A stretch of 64,000 nucleotides of DNA from Vicugna vicugna (lineage: Eukaryota), in contig MU058065.1 in assembly GCA_013265495.1 (NCBI GenBank), positions 5,826,302 through 5,890,301 of the forward strand, written 5' to 3'. Shown piece by piece: positions 1 to 10,834 of this stretch (position 1 is its first letter; each line of letters opens with the position of its first letter). The notes below the pieces were generated by a model. That model was given only the letters and a program-made list of their open reading frames with translations. It searched no databases and had not been told where the DNA came from. A program made the position numbers and the translations under genes.

Positions 1-322
1 ACGGAAGACTTGGGCTCACTTGGAGAGACCTGGGCACTGGGTGGGGTAGGCTCTACTTGCTGGGCAGCCTGCAGACCCCTGTGCTTTCGTGGGGGGGTTT
101 GGGGTGGTGGACCCATAGCCTTGAGTGAGGACAAGGCTTGGTTGGGGGGTGATGGGGAAGATGAGGGAGCAAGAGGGACTGATTGGGGGCCTGGGGGAGC
201 AGGAGCTGGGGAGGGGCTCGGTGAAGGGGCCAGTGAGGTAGGAGAGTCAGGAGGCGGGGCCCTGGCTGGCCCTGAGGTAACAGGGGCATCTCGGTGAGCA
301 GCAGATGGCAGAGCTGAGGAAT
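1..322 (-). CDS. SPEG: SPEG exon 36, 5' part (runs off the window; a duplicate acceptor exists at 553)
   Basis: ctcag|AT TCC TCA GCT; [30 protein letters not shown]...[26 protein letters not shown]; Pro-rich linker. Confidence 0.9.
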
Positions 323-622
323 CTGAGCGGAGATAGAGAAAATCATCACCATGGTGCTCTGGGGGCAAAACTAGGTGCTCTGAGGAGGGGAATGAGGGGC
401 CAAGAGGGACTGATTGGGGGCCTGGGGGAGCAGGAGCTGGGGAGGGGCTCGGTGAAGGGGCCAGTGAGGTAGGAGAGTCAGGAGGCGGGGCCCTGGCTGG
501 CCCTGAGGTAACAGGGGCATCTCGGTGAGCAGCAGATGGCAGAGCTGAGGAATCTGAGCGGAGATAGAGAAAATCATCACCATGGTGCTCTGGGGGCAAA
601 ACTAGGTGCTCTGAGGAGGGGG
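161..622. repeat. Direct tandem duplication, 231-bp period
   Basis: 170-390 is identical to 401-621; 161-169 vs 392-400 also align with 2 mismatches. Confidence 0.97.
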
Positions 623-683
623 TGTGCCCTGGGCTCACTGTTCTCTGCCCTCTTTGTCCACCACCCTACCCTGTCCCACTGAC

Positions 684-851
684 CTGGCATGCCCCTGACG
701 AGGACCTTCTCGGAAGGGTTGCTGAAAGGCCCTTGCCCAGCACGGTTGGCACAGGCCACACGGAACCTCACAGTCATGCCGACTGGTAGGTGGGTCACAT
801 TGTAGTAACAGTCAGGGATGCCTGAGCTCACGGGGTGCCAGGAAGACTCCC
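684..851 (-). CDS. SPEG: SPEG exon 35
   Basis: [55 protein letters not shown]; 168 nt. Confidence 0.96.
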
Positions 852-985
852 CTGTAGGCAGCATGGAGGAGGAGCTGAGGCCACAAGAGGGGTGGCCCAA
901 GCTCCCAGTGCTGTCTGTGAGGTCTCCCTGGCTTCTCCACCCTCCACCTGCCTCTGCTCCCCCCACCAGCCTGCTGGCCCCTCAC

Positions 986-1108
986 CATCCACCCGCCGCT
1001 CCAGCGTGTACGTGCATGGTGCCCTACTGTCTCCTGGCTTCCAGAGCACCAGTGCCGTGTCTTGGTAGGTCTGGGGCACCTCGGGAGGAGCTAGCTTTCC
1101 TGGGACAC
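986..1108 (-). CDS. SPEG: SPEG exon 34 (second FN3)
   Basis: [40 protein letters not shown]; 123 nt. Confidence 0.96.
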
Positions 1109-1220
1109 CTGGCAAGAGATGCAAAGCCCTAGTGAAACCCTGGGCCCCAGCTCAGGGCCCATCAAGCCCTGCCCCACTGTTCCCCATCACTGCCCGCCTT
1201 GGTCCCTGCCCCAGGCTCAC

Positions 1221-1388
1221 GGGCCACAGAGATGGTACAGGAGCTGGTGATGCTGCCTAGGACATTGGTGGCTGAGCACTCATAGAGCCCAGCATGCCGC
1301 TTGCTGGCCCGGGGGATGCTCAGCAGCTGCCGGCCGTCTTTGCAGGACACGATGATCACTGAGGGCTCTGACCGCAGGGACTGCTTGT
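1221..1388 (-). CDS. SPEG: SPEG exon 33
   Basis: [55 protein letters not shown]; 168 nt. Confidence 0.96.
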
Positions 1389-1536
1389 CTAGGAGCAAAG
1401 GAGGAACAGGAGGGGCTGCTGAGTGAGGGAGAACACACGTCCTCCAGGCCCCCTTGGTTGCTACTTCCCACTGAACATCCCCGGGCCTTGGGGCCAAACT
1501 TGTCTACCCATCTCTCTTGGGGAGAAATGGCCTTAC

Positions 1537-1653
1537 CTTTCATCCACGAGATGTGGGGTGCAGGGCAGGCCGCTGGCAGGCAGAGCAGGGTGGCTGCCTC
1601 TCCCTCCAGCAGCACCTGGTCCTTGAGTTTGATGTGAAAGACCGGGGGAAAGT
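1537..1653 (-). CDS. SPEG: SPEG exon 32 (Ig start)
   Basis: [38 protein letters not shown]; 117 nt. Confidence 0.96.
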
Positions 1654-4269
1654 CTGGAGGGAGAGCAAAGACAGCCATAGGTCTGCGGGATCCTGGCTCA
1701 CTCCCCACTGAGGGAGGGGAGGATGTGTATGCGCGTGAGGGGCGAGCTGGTGCTGCCTGCAGGGGGCCGAGTGAAAGGCCATCTCTTCCCAGATGTGGGG
1801 ATTTTGAGAATTTTCTTTGGGGTGAGCACTTTCGCCAGGCACTCACTGTGTGCAGAACTATCTTTTTCTTTCACTGATTATTGAAGATGCTTGGTGGCTA
1901 CCTTGTATGTTTATAAATCACTTCGAGCAGGGCTTGGCACTAAGTAAGTGCTCTATAAGCATTTGTTAAATAAAATAAAAACAAATATTGAAAAACTACA
2001 ATGGTTAAGCTCCTGCAATCCCCATTCCTTCTGGGGCACCATGGGGCAAGTGACAGGAGTGGGCGACCTGAGCTGAGACGCTCGGGAATGAACATATGTT
2101 CAATCACAAGTGCAATCTCAAAAGATCTGAAGTCGAGGCAAACCTGGGGCAGACCCCCAACGTGTGTCAGCCTCTCCCACCCCTCTTCCCCACTGGGGGC
2201 CAGGGAGCTGGTCTCAGACCCTCTACATACTCCTTCACGTCAGCTAAGTAGTGAGAGTTTTTGAAGGGACAAGAGACAATATCTGCATGACCTTGGACCA
2301 CGTCTGTAAACTGAGGAAAATAACACCAAGCTCATAGGGCTGTGGTGAGAATTCAAAGAGGCCCACAAAGCACTTAGCAGGTGCCTAACATATAATAAGC
2401 GCTCAAAGATGTTAGCTTGTATTGTGATGATTATCTCGTTAGTATGCCCAGTAGAGAAGCTGGGCACAAACCCCCAGAGAAAGAGGCGGTTTCAGCAAAG
2501 CTGGTTTCACAGCTGTCCGGTGAATGAGCCTACAGCAGGGCTGTGGATGGCCAACGTCTTTGTTCCAGGTCTTTGCTGGCCTGTGGCTCCTAAATGCCAT
2601 GAAGATTTGCATTCCTGTCCCCTGAGAGTGTCTCTAGAAAAATCCCAGTCTGGTCCAGGGATAGTGGTGGTGGTGGTGGTGATGGTAGATTTTTTTTTCA
2701 CATGGGCAGAAAGAGCTGAGAGGCAGATACCTCTGAAGAACCAGGAGGGAGTGGGGTGGGAATGAGCTGGGCAGGATGATCAGGACAGCAGTGTGTCCCC
2801 TTTCCCACTTTACCCCAGTGTTCCCCAGGGAGGGGTCCCACACTGAGGCTCCAGCAACATAAAGTGAATATAGTTTCGTCAATGGCTGCCTTCAGACCAA
2901 GTGAGGGTACTGGGTAGGGGGAGAGAGAGGGAGCCGAGGAGGAGAGGTGAAAGGTGACCCTGGCCCAGCTCTGCCAGTCCCACCCCCACCCTCAGGGGGC
3001 CCTAGCTGGTAAAATGGACCTGGGACAGCCTTCTTCCTGCAAGGAGGGGGCGATAGGATGAAGTAAAGGGACACTGCCTCGGCAAGAAATCAGCTGCACA
3101 AGCAAAATGGAGCTGGAGGGGAGGCCCCAGGTGGGAAGGGATCAGCTGTCCCCAGGCCTCAGGGCTGGCTTTGCTCTCTCTCTTCCCACTCCTTCTCTAC
3201 CCCTGCCCCCACCAGCTGGCCTCCCTCCCTTCTCTTCTCTCACTACACCCTCCACCACCAACTTCCTCAGGTGAGATGCCCCAGCTTCCCCTTCCCTGGT
3301 CAAGATGGGACACAGTCATCTCAAGCCCGGCTGAGGCATGTCTGGGGCAGTTCTGAGGAGTTTTATCAGGAAACTGGAGGAGAACATTGGTAACCAATAA
3401 AGATTCTGCATGCAGGCCAGTTTGGTGGGCCTGCTTCTTTCTGCAGGCTTATCTGGAAACCGTGGCCTCCTGAAGCCTTTGCTTGTCATCCTTGAGTAAC
3501 ACCCCCCTTTCAGGTGGGGGACTGGGGTGACCCAGGTAGAGAATACCTCCCTCCCTGCAGCCCCAGCACATGTGGGCAGAGAAACAGACCAGGGTATATC
3601 CCAAGTGCTCCTCCCCCCAGCAAAGAGTCCTGAAGGCTGCTTATCTGTGCAAAGTGCCTTCTGTAGGGGCAGAGGGGACAGGAAGGGGCACTTGTGTGTT
3701 CAGGGCGACAGAGAAATGGAGGATTGGAAGCACAATCCAGATTGTGGGCCTCTAGGTGGGAGAGAAAGGGTATCTTTGGGAGCACATTCATGCATACACA
3801 CATCTGCAGGGGGCCTCGTCCTGACCTCCTTCAGAACTACACCCAGTGACAGAGACCTAGGGAGGAGACTAGCCAAAGAAAGGCATTAGCACAGTGTCCT
3901 GAAGCCACTGCTGGGATCTGGCTGCAGAGGGTCATACAGCCCAACACTCTGGCTGCTCCTCTAACTACCAGCTCTGTGACTTGGGCAAGCATGGCTAAGC
4001 CTCTGTCCCCTCACCTGTAAAACAGGGAGATGGTAAGAATCATTCCTAAACAATGTGGGAAGATTGAGTGAGGCAATGCTTGTGAAGTGCTTAATAGGAC
4101 ACTTGGCATTGCTAATTAATGGCAGCTGCTATTATTATTGTTACTGTTTCCCTGACTCCAAACCCCTTCCACTACTGCCAGGGCTCCCCAAGGTGGGCCA
4201 TCTCCCCAACCAGCAATGACCATCCCCTGGGGCGGGAAGGGGCTTACTCACCCAGCAGGCCTCTATTAC

Positions 4270-4401
4270 CTGACTCACTGCGCACATACTGGTGACCCAA
4301 ATCCTCCTGGATGCTGGCAGAGAGGTTTGGCTGGGACAAACCCTTGTCCTTCCGAAGCCTAGAGAGGCCCCAACGCAGTCGGCTTCGTCTTTCCCCGGGA
4401 G
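4270..4401 (-). CDS. SPEG: SPEG exon 31
   Basis: [43 protein letters not shown]; 132 nt. Confidence 0.94.
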
Positions 4402-4747
4402 CTGGGAAGACCCAGGCCCATGAGCACCTGCCAGCCAGTACCAGAAAGCTCCCGCCTCCCGGCAGCTCCACACTCCCCCCACCCCGCGCCCAGAGAACTA
4501 GAGAACTTGTAGCCCCCACCCTGGTCTGCTCCACCAGCCTCTGCCCTTCAGCCTCCCGCTGCTCCAGCCCTGCCAGTTCCATCCTCAGGGCCTCCAGAAA
4601 GCCTTCCGCCTCTTCGCGGTCGGTGTCCCCGGCCCTCTCCTCGTCCTAGGGCGTCTCTCCAGCCTACCTATCATCCCAGTCCCACACGCCATCCCCACCC
4701 GAGTTGTTCGCACATTCAGACTCCACTCTGTCCCGGCCCCTTCTCAC

Positions 4748-6719
4748 CTGAGGAGCCCGATGTACCGCTGGCCTCGGAGCCCAGGGACTCCGCGGAAGGT
4801 GCGGTGGCGCCGGCCTGGGCGGCCAGCTGGTTGTGCGCGAGGCCAAGGCGCCTCAGACTCTCGCCCTCGGACGTGGCCCTGCGCAGCCGTCCGAATAGCG
4901 GCGTGCTGCGGCCCGACGCGCCCCCCGAGTCCTCGCTGCTGCCGCTGCGCTGCAACCGGCTCGACAGTCGCTCCAGCGTGGAGCTGAGCCTCCTGCGCAC
5001 CGCCAGCACCGGGGAGCCGCGCGCCGAGCTGCCGCCCTCCGAGCTCTCCCCGTCTGCGCCGCGGGCCTCCCAGGCCGGGTGGCGCTGGGCGGGCGGGGTC
5101 CGCCGCAGACGCTGGGACAGCGACAGCGAGAGGCGGCGGACGAGGCCCGGCTCCCCGACCGCCCTGAGGTCCTGCACAGAGCGGGAGCGCTCGGGCCGTC
5201 GCACCAGCTCCAGCGGCGTTCCCGCGGGGCTCGGCCGGTACATGCCGTCCTCCTCCTCCGCCCCGCGGAAGGGGCCGCGCTCCTCGGAGCGCGAGCGGCT
5301 CAGCAGCCGCAGCCCCCGAGACAGGGGCGACTCACGGCTGCGCTTGAACTTGGCCTCGAACACGGCTTCCGACTCCAGGTTCTCGATGCTGCTGCTGAGA
5401 CTGCTCCCTGGCCTGCGGGGCACCGTGGGGACACGGGCTTTCTCGGCTGGCACTGCGGGAGCCCCAGCTGAAGGCACACGCTTCTTGGAGGCTCCCGGAG
5501 GTGGGGAGGCCACCCTGGCGAACACAGCCGGGTGGGGCTTAGGCTCCGATGGAGGTGCGACAGGGCCCTGCGGGGGCCCTTGCGCGTGGCCCGACAGCTG
5601 GAGCGACTGCATGATCTGGGCATAAGGTGTGAGGGGGGGCACTGGGGTTTGTAGAGCTATGGGGGGCTGTGTAGGTTTGGGGGCTGGGACTGGTGCTGAC
5701 ATGGATTCTGGGGCCTTCTCTCGGGCAGGCTGGGGTGCTGAGGGCTGGGCATCACTGGGTGTGGTGGCAGGAGGCTCTGAAGACTTGGGGGCACTGGGTT
5801 TGGGGGCGCTGGGCCGCACAGGGCTAGGTGGCTGGGCCTCACTGAGGGCAGACAAGGAGGGAGACTCCTGCAGCCTGCGGGCCCCAAGCCTGGCCACGGG
5901 GATCTCAAGGGGCGCCCCAGCTCGGCGATGCCGGCCCCGGGGCTCCGCCTCACCCTGCGAGAAGCTGCTGCTCTTCTGCAGGCCTCGTGTCTCAGGTGGA
6001 TGCTGGTGGCGGGGTGCCGCCTCGCTAGAGGCTGCCCGCGCCAGCCGGGGATCCCGGGCACGGCCCCCAAGGCTCTCCAGCAGGGGGCCTCTGAGGCCGC
6101 TAACCTTACCATCCTCAGGGCCGCCCCGCAGCAACCGCTGGCGCAAGGCCTGCAGCCTCTGGGCATACTCGCCCTCGCTCAGGCCTCCTCGGGTCAGGCG
6201 GGTGGCCCCCGGGCTGGGGCTTCGGCGCTGCGGCAGCTCAACAGACGCTGCCTTGTGCAGGCCCCGGCCCGGCTCCCTCGACCCGGCCCGGGGCAGGGCG
6301 CTCTCAGCTGAGCTGCCCCTCCGGAGCTCTCCCCGCCGGGGGCTGGGCCCAGACGGGGGCTCCTGGCCTGAGGAGGGGAGGGCCTGAGGGCTGGGGGTCT
6401 CCTGATCCTGAGACGGGGCCTTTCCTTGCTCCTGCCAGTCCATGGGGGTGGCAGCTCCAGCCTCTGGGGTCCCCAGGGCCTCATCCTCAGTGGGAATGTC
6501 AGTGAGGGACACCCGGGAACCCGAGAACTCAGGCTGCAGTGGCCGGGGCACTGAGGGCAGCTCCTCCAGCTCTTCCTCTTCAGAATCGGAGGAGGATGAC
6601 AGCCCTCCACTGGGGGGTGGTCTTCTGGGCACAGCCACCCACACCCGCTCTGGGGGTGCCCGCAGCAGTTCAGGAATGGGGCGCAGCACCAGGTGGCACT
6701 TGTAGCTGATCTGGGAGCG
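4748..6719 (-). CDS. SPEG: SPEG exon 30 (large inter-kinase disordered region)
   Basis: [19 protein letters not shown]...[10 protein letters not shown]...[24 protein letters not shown]...GTSGSS; 1972 nt; CpG rich. Confidence 0.96.
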
Positions 6720-6978
6720 CTGGAGACAGGGTACTAGAGTCAGACCTGAGGGACCCCTGGAGCCGAACTGACCCACTCAGGCCCACCTCAGCCCCAGGGG
6801 AGATAGCCCGAGGCAGGCAGAGTCAGGGGACAGGAGGGACGTGGGAGTTGAGAGAGTAAAACGTGCATGAAGATGGATGAGCAGGAGTGAGGGCACCTGA
6901 TAGAAAAAGCAGTGTTAGAGAGAGAAGGCTGCAGGGGGAGAAGATGAAGGCACAGAGGCAGGGCCCTGCCAAACTCAC

Positions 6979-7047
6979 CTGCCACCTCCGCCGGGAGAGG
7001 AATAGCTTTAGGTGATCCGTGCTCACCTCTGCGCCCTTTGCCTGTGT
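6979..7047 (-). CDS. SPEG: SPEG exon 29
   Basis: [23 protein letters not shown]; 69 nt. Confidence 0.95.
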
Positions 7048-8083
7048 CTGCAAACCAGGAAAGAGTGCCTGAGGGAAAGTCCTCTGTCCACCCTAACCCT
7101 CCAAGTTTGGCAATGGAGAGACAATGCCCACGGGAGGGGACAGTAGACCAAGCAGCATTGAGTCTGGGTTCCTGGGGCTCCCTTTCCCCTCGGATCTGTC
7201 ATAGCAACTCCCACGATCAAGGTACCCATGTATGGACAAATGCCCTGAACCTAAGTGGAGAAATAGGAAACCAGTGGCTCCAGGGGTGGGCTCTAGAGCT
7301 TATACCAGAGCTCAAGGCCCTGTCCTGGTCTACTGGCTGCCCTGGGAGACCCCTGGCTTGAACCCTGCTCCCCAAGTCACCATTTGTCTCCATCTAGAGC
7401 CAGCATCCCAGACATATGGAGTCTGGTGGGCCAGCCTTTGGAGGTGCTGCTCAGCGCCCACCCAGGTTACTCTTTTCAGAACTTATTTCTGAGCTGAGAG
7501 ATCAGGCTCCTCCTCCAGGGACAGATACCAGAATGACCTCAGCCTTCTGTTGACCCAGCACCATGCTCATTGGATGATTTATTCAGTTACTCTTTCTGGC
7601 TCATTTGCTGAACCCCTCCCTCTGCCTGGCACTGTGCCCTGTGGTGCTGGGGTTTGAAGATGAATAAGTGAGAGCTCTGCCCACACAGAGCTCAAAACCA
7701 AGAGGACAAGCCAGCCAGGCCACCCACCAACCACAGTATGTGGGACCAGGGCAGGATGGAGGAAGGCCACAGGAGTGCGGAGGACTGGGGCTGGTCTCAA
7801 GAGACAGGGAGAACCCTGATGAGGATCCCTAGGATGGGGAGGTCCAGACCTGTGCCTTGGAGTCCATGATACCCCAAGCTGAGCCTCAGTTTCCTTATCA
7901 GCAAAATGGAAGTAATAATACCTTCCTTTACAGAGCCATTGTGAGACTAACAGATCATATGTAAATAAAATGCATTATCATGGTTACTGTACACAGTAGG
8001 GACTCAATAATTGGAGCTGTTGATAAAGTTCTCTCTCCTTCCACCTCTTCTACCACCACATTGTGAGACAAGACTCACTTTAA

Positions 8084-8169
8084 TCTTTTTTTTAATGGAG
8101 GTACTGGGGATTGAACCCAGACCTTGTGCATGTTAAGCAGGTGCTCTACCACTGAGCTATTACCCTCCG
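8084..8169 (-). mobile_element. Short tRNA-derived SINE (camelid Vic-1-like) with 15-bp target-site duplication
   Basis: GGAGGGTAATAGCTCAGTGGTAGAG (A box)...GGTTCAATCCCCAGTACCTCC (B box) plus A tail; flanked by caagactcactttaa at 8069-8083 and 8170-8184. Family name from memory. Confidence 0.9.
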
Positions 8170-8179
8170 CAAGACTCAC

Positions 8180-8222
8180 TTTAAACCACGGATGTTCTAG
8201 GGTCTCCTCTGCGGTAGGTCTC
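8180..8222 (-). CDS. SPEG: SPEG exon 28 (end of kinase 1)
   Basis: ttacag|GAGACCTACCGCAGAGGAGACCCTAGAACATCCGTGGTTTAAA|gtgagt; RPTAEETLEHPWFK; 43 nt. Confidence 0.95.
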
Positions 8223-8253
8223 CTGTAAAGGAATGAGGATTAAGAAGGGATTT

Positions 8254-8289
8254 TTCATTCATTCATTCATTCATTCATTCATTCATTCA
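8254..8289. repeat. (TTCA)9 tetranucleotide repeat just upstream of the exon 28 acceptor
   Basis: Direct reading. Confidence 0.92.
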
Positions 8290-8420
8290 ATAAATGTTTG
8301 GGAAAACAGGGCCTCTAAGGAGTTGGGCGGTTAACTCCCTATGGAGAGGCTTGGGCAGGATTTGAGGGGTGGCATGAGGGGACCCTGCAAGGGGGAGGCT
8401 CCTTGGGGCCTCGTACTCAC

Positions 8421-8573
8421 AGGCGGTCCTGTACCAGCACTTTGATGAGGAAGCCTCGGGCCTCCCTGCTCAGGCTCAGGAATGTGGTCTCCTCGAAGGC
8501 CACGTTGTAGTTTCGGATGTTCATCAGCGTCGTCCGATCGTTTTCCCCAACAAATGGGGAGATTCCCGTCAGA
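8421..8573 (-). CDS. SPEG: SPEG exon 27
   Basis: [50 protein letters not shown]; 153 nt. Confidence 0.96.
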
Positions 8574-9254
8574 CTGTAGGGGTGGAGAGGGCTGGGTGAG
8601 AGGGGGCAGGGTCCTGGGGCTGGGGCAGAGACAAAGGTGGATGCCAGGGGAGCATAGGGCCAGGGACAGATGGAGGCACCAGAGCTGTGGGGCAGGCAGA
8701 GGCGGGGTGAACCTGGGCAGAATCTTGCAGATTCTTGCCTGCCCTGCCCCTATCCAAACCCAGGAATGGGCGGGGAGGCAGTAATGCCTTGAATCCTGGG
8801 CAACCAGGTCCTTCTCCTAAGCCCATACTCTAGAGGACCTGTTCCATCCCTCCTCCAGCCATGCCCTTTCCCTGAGGTGAGGAGTCTGTGCCAATGGGAT
8901 ATGCCCCAGGAGCCAGGGCCTCCCCCTCCTAGTCTGTGTTCTGGACTAGTTCCCTGCCTAAATGGCACTGAGCCTGCACTGGCCTCTCCCTGTCCTGCCT
9001 CCCAAGCACGCTGCCAGTGTGCCCGCTCTTATGGAGGGGCGTGGTGGTGGACAGAGCTTGGACACACAGTCTGGATGTCCACATTCATGCACATGAGGCC
9101 CCTTCCAGTGCAGGAAGGAGCCACAGTATGGAGGAGAAAGGGGTGGGCTGCAGGCCCCCAGCTGCTCTCTTGCCCCAGGTTCTGCAAATGTTAGCAGTGG
9201 ACCTGCTTGGAGACTGTTAGAAGACAGGGGTCCTGAGTGCAGAGGGGTCCTTAC

Positions 9255-9281
9255 CAGAGGAAGGCAACAACACCCACGGGC
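9255..9281 (-). CDS. SPEG: SPEG exon 26 (27-nt microexon)
   Basis: taccag|GCCCGTGGGTGTTGTTGCCTTCCTCTG|gtaagg; (W)PVGVVAFL(C), kinase helix F. Confidence 0.93.
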
Positions 9282-9828
9282 CTGGTAGAAAAGAAAGGAG
9301 AGTAGATGGGTAAGAGGACAGCCCACCTCCCACCGGAAGTGAGCAGTTCTCTTGCTACTGCTGATCTACTAAGGAAGCATCCTCCTTGTGAACACTGCCA
9401 TGCACAAATGGGCACAGGGATGCCTCCTTTGGGGAGGATCCTGAACCCAGAGGTCCCAACATGCCTGGAGGACTCAAGGGTCATGGCAGGGCCAGCCTAG
9501 GGAGCCCAGAGGAGTCTAGGGACCAAAAGGCCATGTCTGCCTCACTGGGGGAGGCAAGGTGGCTTCAGGCAGGGAGGCCTAGCACCTGGGGGTGGGGGGG
9601 AAGAGGAGCCAAGGACTATCAGGGCTGAGGCCTTGAGTGATCGGGTCAGCCCTGACAGATGAGGGGCAGGTAGTAACAAGGGCAGGAGGCCCCCGTGAGC
9701 AATGCCACCAGCCAACTGTCTGAGAAGGAATCAGAGTAAAGCTGTTCTCTGCCACCAAACGAGTCCTCAGCATGGCACTGAGGGAAGCTGCTCTGGCCCA
9801 CCCCAGCAGTCCCAGATGTCCATAATAC

Positions 9829-10007
9829 CAGATGTCAGTGACTCCGGATACAGGGGTCTGGTTGACAATCTCAGGTGCCACAAATTCAGGTGTGCCGTAC
9901 TGGCAGTACTGCGGCTCTCCTGGAATCAGCTCCTGAGCATTCCCGAAGTCACAGATCCTCACCTGCTCTTCACCCTCAACACCATCCCATACCAGCAGGT
10001 TCTCAGG
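9829..10007 (-). CDS. SPEG: SPEG exon 25 (DFG and APE motifs)
   Basis: [59 protein letters not shown]; 179 nt. Confidence 0.97.
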
Positions 10008-10114
10008 CTGTGGGGCACAAGGCAAGACGTGGGGACTGAGTGAAGAGGGGAGGACACCCCACTGCCTGGCTCCCACAGGTTCTGCCTGCTCCCCACTTCC
10101 CACCTGCATCTCAC

Positions 10115-10192
10115 CTTGACATCGAGGTGCAGCACATGGTTCTCGTGCAAGTAACATATTCCGTCTAGCACCTGCCGCATGTAGGCCCGGAT
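10115..10192 (-). CDS. SPEG: SPEG exon 24 (catalytic loop HLDVK)
   Basis: [26 protein letters not shown]; 78 nt. Confidence 0.96.
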
Positions 10193-10776
10193 CTGTGGAA
10201 ACAGGAGGCCCAGAATCGGGGGGTATTATGTTTGATCACCAGCAGGATTATGGTAAAAAGTCAGGCCACGCCTGGGAAGTGGCCTTCAGGTGGCTGGTGG
10301 AGCGGGCTGAAACATAGGTTTGGGGTTGCTGAGATTCAGGGCTTCCACGTACAGCTGCACAGGTTGCGTGCAGCAGAATTATAAGAGGGAGTCATTTACA
10401 TGATAATCAGTAGAATTGTGCAGTACACAACTTGTGCAGCCCTACAATGCAGGACAGCACTGAGACTGAACAGAGTCTAGGTGGAGCTCCTTCTGGAGAA
10501 ATGTGTGAGGAATACTTACGTAAGGAAGATTGGGAAACAACAGAGTTAGAGGCCAGGGTAGGTCTGCTGAGATTTACCGAGTACAAGTCCCAGGGTGCGG
10601 GTCTGCTCTGATGGGGGAAGGGGACTCTGCCGCCTGCCTAACAGTACTCCTCTCCACCACAACCCCCGCCTATTTGTGGGCACAGACGGCATGCCCAGGA
10701 GGCACCCCTTGGGTCTCGGAGCTCAGGTGGGTGAATGCTGGTGCGCAATCAGGCCCCTGCCACCCACTGCCCTCAC

Positions 10777-10834
10777 CTCAGACTCACACACGGTGGCTTT
10801 CCTGGCCATTCGCTCGAGCAGCTCCTCCGTGCAG
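10777..10834 (-). CDS. SPEG: SPEG exon 23
   Basis: CTEELLERMARKATVCESE; 58 nt. Confidence 0.95.

Noticed and set aside
53-583. Twin ORFs [13 protein letters not shown]...
   Set aside because: Out-of-frame readings of the duplicated exon 36 start; covered by the duplication finding.
4804-6387. Long plus-strand ORFs (273 aa, 252 aa) opposite exon 30
   Set aside because: Antisense shadows of a GC-rich coding exon; low-complexity translation, no independent gene signals.
8084-8169. Possible tRNA gene (A and B boxes)
   Set aside because: A tail and target-site duplication, no proper acceptor stem; it is a SINE. The same applies to 53175-53313.
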